The notes below the pieces were generated by a model, which was not told the DNA's origin, made no database searches, and saw nothing but the letters and a program-made list of their open reading frames with translations. A stretch of DNA of 31,176 nucleotides from an uncultured Ruminococcus sp. (GTDB taxonomy: Bacteria; Bacillota; Clostridia; Oscillospirales; Acutalibacteraceae), in the NCBI GenBank assembly GCA_946055445.1, contig CAMGGF010000001.1:1-31176 (forward strand), given 5' to 3'. The position numbers and the translations under genes were made by a program. Numbering within the stretch: position 1 is the first letter of the stretch; every line of letters starts with the position of its first letter. Positions 1 through 8,031 of the stretch are shown piece by piece.

Positions 1-1111
1 CATGCACATACATAATATTTGAATACTTTTTCAAAAATCTGCGGTCGGCTTTTTGTGCCAAATCATACACAGTGCCGTTTTCAATTAAATCCGCAAACGC
101 TTCCTCGAATACGGCACGGTTGGAAAATCGAATTTCAAAAGTTGTTTCGCCGTTTTGCAGTGCATTACTTATACATTCGGTGATACGCGCACGCGCGTCC
201 GAATCATACTGCTTAAACAACAATTTCTGATATACAAAGTAATTGTATTGCTCGTATATGCACCGATTGGCGGCGGGAGACATATCCAAATGATTGGTTT
301 GCACATCCGCATCCGCAACATTAAAATAGGTGTGGCTGTACCGATTTATGGAAACCGAATCCAAATCGTCCCAAGTGGCATCTACATAATAGTTTTGGCC
401 GTCAATCCGCACCAAATTCCACATATGCCCTTCTGTGTCACCATCCGCATTGACGCCGGTCCCCGTCACTAAATAATTTTGTATACCGACAAAGTCACAC
501 ACAACTTGCAACGCACGCGCATCCCCTTAGACCAAGGATTTGCCGAGCACCAAAGCGTCATAGGCGTTATAGCCCACGCCGCTGTCCTGTGTTTCATACG
601 CCATTCGTGCGCAAACCGCATCGTGCAAATACAGTTCCAATGTGAATGTATCCGCAGTTGCCGGCAACGCACGCAAAATATCCTGCACAGCCGCATGCAA
701 CGCGTCAGTATGTTCGTTACAGGTTTGCACATCGCACACATATTGCGGCACAAAAAAGGCTTTTGCCCCTCTCGTAACAATTTGACTTTCGTTTTGCATA
801 CACAGCAAATCCGGATTGTCATAAGACAACGCCTGAAACATTTGGTGAAAATCCTCTTCCTTCAAAGGCGGAATTTCAATTTCTTCGGGATGTGTGCGAA
901 TTTGCGCCAAAATATGATTATATGCAACTTTTCCGTCGCGCGACAGCGAATCATAATAGTACCGAACCTCTTGCTGTGCAGTGTGCGCCTCTATTTCTGC
1001 TTCTGTTGCGGAAAAATCGGTTGGAATCCACATTTGAATTCTGTCGAAATTAAAAATTGCCGCTAAACAAATCAACAACACAGCAATACAAAGAATACTC
1101 GCTTTTTTCAT
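1..1111 (-). pseudogene. Transglutaminase-like (papain-fold, Transglut_core) membrane-anchored protein; interrupted by an in-frame TAA at 527-529 (possibly sequencing error); runs off the left edge
   Basis: N-terminal hydrophobic anchor, then YDNPDL and YLHD...AYDALVLGK. Manual translation past the TAA stays open in the same frame to base 1: GDARALQVVCDFVGIQNYLVTG...GHMWNLVRIDGQNYYVDATWDDL, i.e. the His and Asp catalytic motifs. The Cys motif reads GKSLV*GDARA instead of the family-typical GKAVCEGYARA. Confidence 0.85.
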
Positions 1112-1941
1112 ATGCTCTCCTCAACAAAAACAGTATCTCGCATCGCAACATATACATTCACAAGTCCGTTTGAATCCGTTATGTCGACAATCGAAAAATT
1201 GGAGTCGGACAGATTAAATAATGTGTTAAACTGTTTTTCACGGTTCTTGCCGCTTAACGACTGCAAAGTTGCCTGCACCAACGCCGCCGTTGCCTGACTT
1301 TTGCCGTTTGTATCCGTAAAATGCAGATATTTCACCAGCAAATCACCGGTTAAAGTTTGTTCGCCTGCATCTAAATACAAACTGAAATCCGAACTGCGAT
1401 AGGAAATCGCCTCCGGAATTTGTAAAGAGACATCTCCGACAGCCGAAACGGCTTTCTTCAAATTGCTTTCCGTCAATTTCACATAACGGTCAATTTGCAC
1501 TTGATATGCGGAAGAGACTGCATTTTTTAAGCCCGCCAAACCGTTCTTTTCAAATACGGTTTGAAAAGACATATCCCCTGCGGAAGAAACAGCCGCATCT
1601 GTATCCAACGCGCAAGCAGTAATACGGTTTTGTTCTGCGTCAGCGCGCACAACAGCAAGCAAAGTAAGTTGATCCTGTGTATCACAACAAACAAGAAGCA
1701 CCGCCGCATTACGCACCGTAAGCGTATTTTCCGCCGCAGTGGTCTGTTCTGTTGTAGTTTCGGGATTTTCCGATGCATTTAACAAATTATGCAAATCGAA
1801 ATTGATGGATTTCATAAAAATCAAAGTGGAAACACTGCCAAGCACCAAAACAAATGCGGCAAAGGCAACAATGAACGCACGAAAGCGTTTGGTTTTTTCG
1901 TGTTGCTCGCTTGTGAAATGCAATTTGCTCTTTTTTCGCAC
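1108..1941 (-). CDS. LytR-CpsA-Psr (LCP) family protein, degenerate active site
   Basis: Basic N-terminus, one TM helix, linker, then LCP-like segments (GLAGLKNAVSSAYQVQIDRYVKL...VGDVSLQIPEAI...LDAGEQTLTG). Stop overlaps the next start (ATGA). Confidence 0.7.
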   Translation of the reverse strand: MRKKSKLHFTSEQHEKTKRFRAFIVAFAAFVLVLGSVSTLIFMKSINFDLHNLLNASENPETTTEQTTAAENTLTVRNAAVLLVCCDTQDQLTLLAVVRADAEQNRITACALDTDAAVSSAGDMSFQTVFEKNGLAGLKNAVSSAYQVQIDRYVKLTESNLKKAVSAVGDVSLQIPEAISYRSSDFSLYLDAGEQTLTGDLLVKYLHFTDTNGKSQATAALVQATLQSLSGKNREKQFNTLFNLSDSNFSIVDITDSNGLVNVYVAMRDTVFVEESI

Positions 1942-2026
1942 GCCGTCATCCCCTTTTCCTTGCGCATCATACAGAAACAGTATAGTATAAACCGTTCTTC
2001 CCGGAAGAAAACCGAAAACCGCACAT

Positions 2027-3394
2027 TTATGATTCTTCTTTGTATTTCTTTTTTAAGAGAACAACGGGAATCAAAATGAACACGGCAACTGCCGCCGACG
2101 CCCAAAACATAACCGCACCGGGCGCAGAAGTCACAACGCCGTATTCATTTGTATAAGTCACCGAGGAAATTCGGCAAATCAAATTGCCGATAAACGGCCC
2201 GACAAGCATCGGAATCAACACATAAAATATCATCCGAATGCCTTGGAAAACGCCGACTTTCCCCGCCGGCATAAAATCACGCACCAAAGCGTTGGTTGCA
2301 ATGGAAAACAATGCCCACCCCAAAAGCGCAGGGACGGCGCAAATAAAAAACAGCGCGACATTGTCGGCAAATCCGGTTGCAATCAGTCCTGCCACATATA
2401 AAAGCACGGAAAAAATCAAGAATTTTTCTTTGCCGAGTTTATCCATCAATTTCCCTGTAAACACAACCAAAGCAATCGCCAAAATTACTATAATCGCCGC
2501 CGCAAGCATCACCGAAGGCGTCAGCGAAGCCAAAACGCTGTCTAAACTGAACTGCATAACATTGCCGAGATAAATAAATATATACGGGAAAAACACCTGA
2601 AATGCCGTTGCAGACAGGCAATATGCCGCCAGCGTAAGATACAGGCGTTTATTCTCTTTTACGACCGACGGCTTAAAGCCGTACAGCAAATCTTTTACAT
2701 ACGATTCGCTGACTTCTGTTTGGATTTTTCCGTCCTTTAATGTGCATAAGCCGATTACACCGCAAACAGATACAATCGCACCGAGGACAATAAAGAATAC
2801 ATTGTAACCGATGCCGCCGACTGCACCCGCAAGCCCCATCACCGCCGCAGTTGCAATTAAAGGCAAAAGCGCCAAGACGCTTTCAACCGTTGCGCGATTT
2901 TTCGTTGTTGTTACATCCGTTACCCACGCATTAAACGCCGCATCGTTACCGCCCGAACCGATAAAAGTCATTACACAGTCCATCACAATCACAAAGGAAA
3001 CCGTAACCGTCAGAATTTTTGTTTCATCGGACAAATGCAACAGCGCGGCGGTATTGTCGCGGGAAATCACCCCGAACACCGCCGTAGTGATGCCCCAAAG
3101 AATATACCCAAATGCAATAAACCGTTTGCGATTTCCGGCTTTGTCACTCCAAGTACCGATTAAAAATGTTGAAAACACGGCGGTTAACGCACTGAACGCA
3201 ACCATCAGGCTGATTGCGCTCATCACATCTATTGTATTGTCCACTGCGGTTTGCGTGGCGCCGTTGTAGACGGAATTATACAAAAATGTGTTAAAGAGCA
3301 TATTTTCAACTGCCCAAGCAATTTGCCCCATAAACCCAAACAAAATCACATTAAACCAAATGCGTCCGCCGAGTTTGGCTGTATCTCTCGTCAT
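2027..3394 (-). CDS. MFS transporter
   Basis: About 12 hydrophobic segments; loop motifs GTWSDKAGNRK and GKLMDKLGKEK. Start set at ATG 3394, 7 nt after AGGAG. Confidence 0.85.
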   Translation of the reverse strand: MTRDTAKLGGRIWFNVILFGFMGQIAWAVENMLFNTFLYNSVYNGATQTAVDNTIDVMSAISLMVAFSALTAVFSTFLIGTWSDKAGNRKRFIAFGYILWGITTAVFGVISRDNTAALLHLSDETKILTVTVSFVIVMDCVMTFIGSGGNDAAFNAWVTDVTTTKNRATVESVLALLPLIATAAVMGLAGAVGGIGYNVFFIVLGAIVSVCGVIGLCTLKDGKIQTEVSESYVKDLLYGFKPSVVKENKRLYLTLAAYCLSATAFQVFFPYIFIYLGNVMQFSLDSVLASLTPSVMLAAAIIVILAIALVVFTGKLMDKLGKEKFLIFSVLLYVAGLIATGFADNVALFFICAVPALLGWALFSIATNALVRDFMPAGKVGVFQGIRMIFYVLIPMLVGPFIGNLICRISSVTYTNEYGVVTSAPGAVMFWASAAVAVFILIPVVLLKKKYKEES

Positions 3395-3424
3395 AAAAAT
3401 CACTCCTACAATCCCTATAGGAAA

Positions 3425-3453
3425 AATATAGCATACAAGCGGGCAAAATGCAA
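3425..3453 (-). promoter_or_regulatory. Predicted sigma-A promoter of the MFS gene
   Basis: TTGCAT-N17-TATATT with TGn extended -10. Confidence 0.6.
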
Positions 3454-3460
3454 CAATACA

Positions 3461-3500
3461 GAAAAAGAAAACCTCACAAAAGGCGGGCCTTCTGTGAGGT
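3461..3500 (-). terminator. Intrinsic terminator after clpX
   Basis: 13-bp stem ACCTCACAGAAGG/CCTTTTGTGAGGT (one G-U pair), 4-nt loop, followed by TTTCTTTTTC. Confidence 0.8.
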
Positions 3501-3513
3501 CGGTTCGTAAGCG

Positions 3514-4803
3514 TTACCCTGCGTCTTTCGGTGTTTTCGAAACACCGTTTTTTACTGCCGAAGAGGATTCTGTTAACGGTTTTTCACCGTTTAAAACACA
3601 GCCTTTTGTGATGATTACCTTTGAAACGGCTGTGTCCGAAGGAATTTCATACATAATCGGCAAAAGTGTTTTTTCCATAATGGCACGAAGTCCGCGCGCA
3701 CCTGTATTCTTTTCGAGCGTTAAGTCCGCAATTGCCTCCAAAGCCTCCTGTTGAAACTCCAAAGTGACGCCGTCCATTCTAAACAGCGCGGCATATTGCT
3801 TTAACAGCGCATTTTTCGGCTCGGAGAGAATTTGAATCAGCGCATCACGGTTTAAATTGTTTAATGTGGTAATGACAGGCAAGCGACCGACAAGTTCGGG
3901 AATCAAGCCGTATTTCACCAAATCCTGCGGAATGACTTTGGAATAGATTTTATCCGCATCCGCTTTTTCCACGGCAACCAATTCACTGCCGAAGCCTAAC
4001 ACCTTATTCCCGGTGCGCTTTTCAACGATTTTGTCTATGCCGTCAAAGGCACCGCCGCAAATAAACAGGATATTGGTGGTGTCGATTTGAATGAACTCCT
4101 GCTGCGGATGCTTTCTGCCGCCTTGCGGGGGCACATTGGAAACCGTACCTTCCAATATTTTCAGCAATGCTTGTTGCACGCCTTCCCCGCTGACATCTCG
4201 CGTGATAGACGGGTTTTCGGATTTGCGCGCGATTTTGTCGATTTCATCGACATAAATAATACCCTTTTCCGCGCGTTCCACATCAAAATCCGCCGCCTGA
4301 ATCAGACGAAGCAAAATGTTTTCAACATCTTCACCGACATAACCTGCCTCTGTAAGCGTTGTCGCATCGGCAATTGCAAAAGGCACATCTAATACTTCGG
4401 CAAGCGTTTGCGCAAGCATCGTTTTACCGACACCCGTAGGGCCTAACAAAATCACATTGCTTTTTTGAATGTTTACATCGCTCTTTTTGCCGTAATAAAT
4501 GCGTTTGTAGTGATTGTAAACAGCAACGCTCAATGCAATTTTGGCATCTTCCTGCCCGATGACATATTCGTCAAGATGCGCTTTGATTTCCTGCGGTTTC
4601 GGCAATGCTTTTTCCGGTTTTGTTTCACGCTTTTTTCCTCTGATTGCAGGCGCACCGTCCTCCACGATTTCCATACAGAGTTCAATGCATTCGTCGCAAA
4701 TACAAACACCGGGGCCGGCAATCAGTTTTTCAACTTCATCCTGAGATTTGCCGCAGAAAGAGCAACGCACGGTTTTTTCTCTGCTGTCGTTATCTCTTGC
4801 CAT
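3514..4803 (-). CDS. clpX: ATP-dependent Clp protease ATP-binding subunit ClpX
   Basis: Zn finger CSFC...CDEC, Walker A GPTGVGKT, Walker B YVDEIDK, RKH pore loop, LGF loop. Confidence 0.98.
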   Translation of the reverse strand: MARDNDSREKTVRCSFCGKSQDEVEKLIAGPGVCICDECIELCMEIVEDGAPAIRGKKRETKPEKALPKPQEIKAHLDEYVIGQEDAKIALSVAVYNHYKRIYYGKKSDVNIQKSNVILLGPTGVGKTMLAQTLAEVLDVPFAIADATTLTEAGYVGEDVENILLRLIQAADFDVERAEKGIIYVDEIDKIARKSENPSITRDVSGEGVQQALLKILEGTVSNVPPQGGRKHPQQEFIQIDTTNILFICGGAFDGIDKIVEKRTGNKVLGFGSELVAVEKADADKIYSKVIPQDLVKYGLIPELVGRLPVITTLNNLNRDALIQILSEPKNALLKQYAALFRMDGVTLEFQQEALEAIADLTLEKNTGARGLRAIMEKTLLPIMYEIPSDTAVSKVIITKGCVLNGEKPLTESSSAVKNGVSKTPKDAG

Positions 4804-4829
4804 AGTATAAATTCTCCTTAGAAGTTCTG

Positions 4830-5411
4830 TTATCGCTTATAAAAAATCTTATCAACCAAACCGTATTCCAACGCTTCCTCTGCCGAAAGGAAATTGTCCC
4901 GTTCCGTATCCCGCGCAATCTGTTCAATCGGTTTGCCGGTATTTTCCGCCAAAATTTTATTGAGTTTTTCGCGGGTGCGCAAAATGTGGCGTGCAACAAT
5001 ATCAATCTCGGTTGCTTGCCCCTGTGCGCCGCCGCTGGGCTGGTGAATCATAATTTCACTGTTCGGCAACGCATAGCGTTTGCCTTTTGCACCGGATGAC
5101 AGCAAAAATGCCCCCATACTTGCCGCCATACCCATACAAATGGTTGAAACATCACATTTGATGTACTGCATCGTGTCGTAAATCGCCAAGCCCGCCGTTA
5201 CAGAGCCGCCGGGGCTGTTGATATACAAACTGATGTCTTTTTCATTATCCTGCCCTTCGAGGTACAAAAGTTGTGCCACAACCAAACTCGCAGTTGCATC
5301 ATTGACTTCGTCCGAAAGCACAATGATTCGGTCATTGAGTAAGCGCGAATAAATATCATACGAGCGCTCACCGCGACTGGTCTGTTCAACAACATAAGGA
5401 ACTAATGCCAT
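4830..5411 (-). CDS. clpP: ATP-dependent Clp protease proteolytic subunit ClpP
   Basis: [42 protein letters not shown]. True start is ATG 5411, 7 nt after AGGAGG (5419-5424). Confidence 0.98.
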   Translation of the reverse strand: MALVPYVVEQTSRGERSYDIYSRLLNDRIIVLSDEVNDATASLVVAQLLYLEGQDNEKDISLYINSPGGSVTAGLAIYDTMQYIKCDVSTICMGMAASMGAFLLSSGAKGKRYALPNSEIMIHQPSGGAQGQATEIDIVARHILRTREKLNKILAENTGKPIEQIARDTERDNFLSAEEALEYGLVDKIFYKR

Positions 5412-5432
5412 AATAATACCTCCTAAAATCCA

Positions 5433-5488
5433 ACGGTGAAGCGCCCAAAACAACCGCAAGTTTCGCGTAAGTTCCGAGCGCCCACCGT
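5433..5488 (-). other. Long RNA hairpin in the tig-clpP intergenic region
   Basis: 56 nt, 23 bp including 5 G-U pairs that form only on the mRNA strand; ends 8 nt before the clpP SD. Confidence 0.65.
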
Positions 5489-5536
5489 AAAGTAAGTCTA
5501 AATCCAGTATTGACAGAAAAGTAAAAGTCTAATCGC

Positions 5537-6982
5537 TTATTCTTCCGTTTCTGCCTTTTTTGCTGTTTTCTTTGCCGCAGGTTTCTTGGCAGCAGGCTTC
5601 TTTTCAGCCGGTTTTTTCGCAGCGGTTTTCTTGGCGGCCGGTTTCTTTTCGCCGTCAGCCGCGTCTTCTTTCTTTTCGGCAGTTTTCTTCGCGGCGGCCT
5701 TTTCTTCCGTAACAACTGCGTGCTCCACAATGAAGTCCATAGCCTTCTTGGAAGCCAATTCCTTGGTAAGCCCTTCAACAGAAACGGCTTTCTTTACGGC
5801 TTCAACATCCATATTGTATGCGTCGGCGAACTTCTTATATTCCGCTTCCAATTCTTCTTCGGTCACTTCGATTTTTTCAATTTCAATGATTTTTTCAATT
5901 GCCAAATCGAGTTTTACCTGTTTTTCGGCGGCTTCTTTGTAGCCTTCGCGGAACTTTTCAATGTCCATACCCGTGTACTGCAAGTATGTTTTCAAATCCA
6001 AGCCCTGCATTTGCAGTCTGTACGCAAACTCATCAATATTGCTGTCGATTTTCTTTTCAATCATCGCCTGCGGAATTTCTGCTGTGACGCCGTCGGCAAC
6101 CATTTCCATCAAGGTATTGTTGACTGCATTGTCCGCATCGGCTTTTTTCGACGCTTCCAAATCTGCTTTGATGCTCTTTTTCAGTTCATCAACCGTATCT
6201 TTGTCGCTGACATCTTTGACGAACTCATCGTCAAGAGCCGGCAATTCCTTCACTTTGATTTCATGCAATTTGATTTTGAAAACGGCATCTTTATCTGCAA
6301 GACCTTCGTGATAATCCGTCGGGAATTTTACATTGACATCAAATTCCTCACCGGTTTTATGCCCGATAATCTGCTCTTCAAAGCCCGGAATGAACTGACC
6401 GGAACCGATGGTCAACTCATAGCCTTCCGCTTTGCCGCCTTCAAATGCTTCACCGTCCACAAAGCCTTCGAAATCAATCACGGTGATGTCACCTTTTTTC
6501 ACGGCTCTGTCTTCTACGGTTACCATACGCGCGTTTTGTTCCAACATACGGTTGAGTTCCGCTTTCACTTCGTCTGCGGAAACTTTGCACGATTTTCTCG
6601 TGACTTTCAAGCCTTTGTATTCGCCCAATTCGATTTCGGGTTTAACGGTCACTTTCAATTTCAAGGTGACACCGTCCTTGCCCATTTCGGGAACTTCCAA
6701 ATCAAAGGGAGTGTCCACAATTTCAAGACCTGCTTCTTGAATCGCCTCTTCAACCGCGTCGGGATACAAAATCTCCAAAGCGTCTTCATAGAAAACGCCT
6801 TCACCGTACATTTTTTCAATGAAAGAACGGGGTGCTTTGCCCTTTCTGAACCCGTGAACGGTGATGTTCTTTCTCTGTTTGAGATAGGCTTTGTTGACAG
6901 CCGCTTCAAAGGTTGCGCCGTCAATGGCAATCTCAAGTTCCCAAGTGTTTGTCTCGACTTTGTTGGATGATTTTAAACTCAT
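5537..6982 (-). CDS. tig: Trigger factor with Lys/Ala/Pro-rich C-terminal extension
   Basis: Ribosome-binding motif GFRKGKAP, FKBP domain (IDFEG...FEGG...GSGQFIPGFEEQIIG), AGGAGG RBS. Confidence 0.97.
   Translation of the reverse strand: MSLKSSNKVETNTWELEIAIDGATFEAAVNKAYLKQRKNITVHGFRKGKAPRSFIEKMYGEGVFYEDALEILYPDAVEEAIQEAGLEIVDTPFDLEVPEMGKDGVTLKLKVTVKPEIELGEYKGLKVTRKSCKVSADEVKAELNRMLEQNARMVTVEDRAVKKGDITVIDFEGFVDGEAFEGGKAEGYELTIGSGQFIPGFEEQIIGHKTGEEFDVNVKFPTDYHEGLADKDAVFKIKLHEIKVKELPALDDEFVKDVSDKDTVDELKKSIKADLEASKKADADNAVNNTLMEMVADGVTAEIPQAMIEKKIDSNIDEFAYRLQMQGLDLKTYLQYTGMDIEKFREGYKEAAEKQVKLDLAIEKIIEIEKIEVTEEELEAEYKKFADAYNMDVEAVKKAVSVEGLTKELASKKAMDFIVEHAVVTEEKAAAKKTAEKKEDAADGEKKPAAKKTAAKKPAEKKPAAKKPAAKKTAKKAETEE
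5540..5707 (-). repeat. Low-complexity coding repeat, (P/T)A(A/E)KK pentapeptides
   Basis: KKPAAKK-TAAKK-PAEKK-PAAKK-PAAKK-TAKK; 19 Lys in the last 56 residues. Confidence 0.9.
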
Positions 6983-7021
6983 TTACATATTCCTCCTGAA
7001 TTGTAAAGCATTAACTTAAAT

Positions 7022-7050
7022 ATTATAACAGAAAGTATTTAAAATTGCTA
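7022..7050 (-). promoter_or_regulatory. Predicted sigma-A promoter of tig
   Basis: TAGCAA-N17-TATAAT with TGn extended -10; weak -35. Confidence 0.55.
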
Positions 7051-7057
7051 TACTTTT

Positions 7058-7756
7058 TTAGGATTTTATTATTTCTATCAATTTTGGACAAAATTTCAGG
7101 TAATCTCCCGACAAAAGTTCAAATTTTGTGCCATAAAATTCGTCCTGAAACGCCAAACGCATTGCGCCGCCGTGTAAATGGGCATAATAACAACGCTTGA
7201 TTTCTTCCGATTGCAGCAATTCCAAAAAAGGCGCGCACTGCTGTGTTAAAGAAATCGGCGGATAATGCAGAAAAACAATCGGTTCACCGCCGAGCGCACG
7301 GCCTGCGTCTATAGATGTTTTCAATCGCTGTACTTCACGGAAAACAACTTTATCCAGCTCGCTTTGCGTATCGTCATAAAACCAGCCGCGCGAACCGCAA
7401 ATGCTGAAATCTCCGACACGGTATGCATTATTGTGTAAAATGTGCAAAGTGGAAAATCCGTTTTCCGAAAAGAAGGTATCCATTTTACGGCGTGTGTTCC
7501 ACCAATAATCGTGATTGCCTTTTAAAATAATTTTTTGCCCCGGCAGAGAATCTAAAAAGGCAAAATCCGCTTTCGCCTCTTCCAACGACATTGCCCACGA
7601 AATATCTCCCATTAAAACGACCGTGTCAGAAGGCGCAACTAAGGCATGCCAATTTTTTGTGAGACGCGTAACATAATCGTCCCACCCTTTAAAAATATTC
7701 ATCGGCTTGTCCGTTGAAAAGGACAAATGCGTATCTCCGATAGCAAAAATTGACAT
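7058..7756 (-). CDS. Calcineurin-like metallophosphoesterase
   Basis: GDTH, GDIS, GNHD, HYPP, AHLH motifs; start set at ATG 7756 by GGAG spacing. Confidence 0.9.
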   Translation of the reverse strand: MSIFAIGDTHLSFSTDKPMNIFKGWDDYVTRLTKNWHALVAPSDTVVLMGDISWAMSLEEAKADFAFLDSLPGQKIILKGNHDYWWNTRRKMDTFFSENGFSTLHILHNNAYRVGDFSICGSRGWFYDDTQSELDKVVFREVQRLKTSIDAGRALGGEPIVFLHYPPISLTQQCAPFLELLQSEEIKRCYYAHLHGGAMRLAFQDEFYGTKFELLSGDYLKFCPKLIEIIKS

Positions 7757-7775
7757 TTTCAATAACTCCGTTTAT

Positions 7776-7804
7776 GCATAAATGCATAGAAAATTCAAAA
7801 ACTA
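7776..7804 (+). promoter_or_regulatory. Possible forespore (sigma-G-type) promoter of the DUF1540 gene
   Basis: GCATA-N17-AAAACTA versus consensus GHATR-N17/18-CATWHTA; -10 imperfect. Confidence 0.35.
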
Positions 7805-7827
7805 CGGTTGAAAGGAGGCAAAAGAAT

Positions 7828-7980
7828 ATGAACGAAATCAAATGCAATGTCAGCAACTGTGTATATCACGAAGGCAAAACCACTTGCACCGCAGACGAAA
7901 TTATGGTCGGTTGCCAGTGCAGCCACGAACCCTGCAAATGCAGTGAAACCGAGTGCGGCACATTCCAAGCAAAGAACTAA
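7828..7980 (+). CDS. DUF1540 family small Cys-rich protein (50 aa)
   Basis: IKCNVSNCVYH...CTADEIMV...ETECGTF pattern; AGGAGG at 7813-7818, so the start is 7828 rather than 7750. Confidence 0.85.
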   Translation: MNEIKCNVSNCVYHEGKTTCTADEIMVGCQCSHEPCKCSETECGTFQAKN

Positions 7981-7990
7981 CTGCCGAATA

Positions 7991-8031
7991 AAACGAGGAG
8001 AGTGGGATAAAAATTCCACTCTCTTTTCGTT
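7991..8031. terminator. Bidirectional terminator between DUF1540 gene and thrC
   Basis: Core stem GAGAGTGG/CCACTCTC with A-rich 5' and T-rich 3' flanks between convergent genes. Confidence 0.7.

Noticed and set aside
527-529. Stop-codon reassignment or programmed read-through of the in-frame TAA
   Set aside because: TAA ends many intact genes in this window, and the neighbouring codons, including the catalytic Cys, are also altered, so read-through would not restore function.
521-538. Diversity-generating retroelement or micro-inversion as the cause of the clustered changes
   Set aside because: DGRs mutate adenines and need a template repeat and reverse transcriptase, none seen here. The reverse complement of the segment does not restore the motif.
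5489-5534. CtsR or HrcA (CIRCE) operator upstream of clpP
   Set aside because: The heptad-like cores are 31 bp apart rather than separated by 3 nt, and no TTAGCACTC-N9-GAGTGCTAA is present.
5720-6970. 416-aa plus-strand ORF antisense to tig, and similar shadow ORFs opposite the transglutaminase-like gene, rsgA, lepB and priA
   Set aside because: They lie within well-supported genes on the other strand, have no recognisable motifs, and are expected from codon bias.
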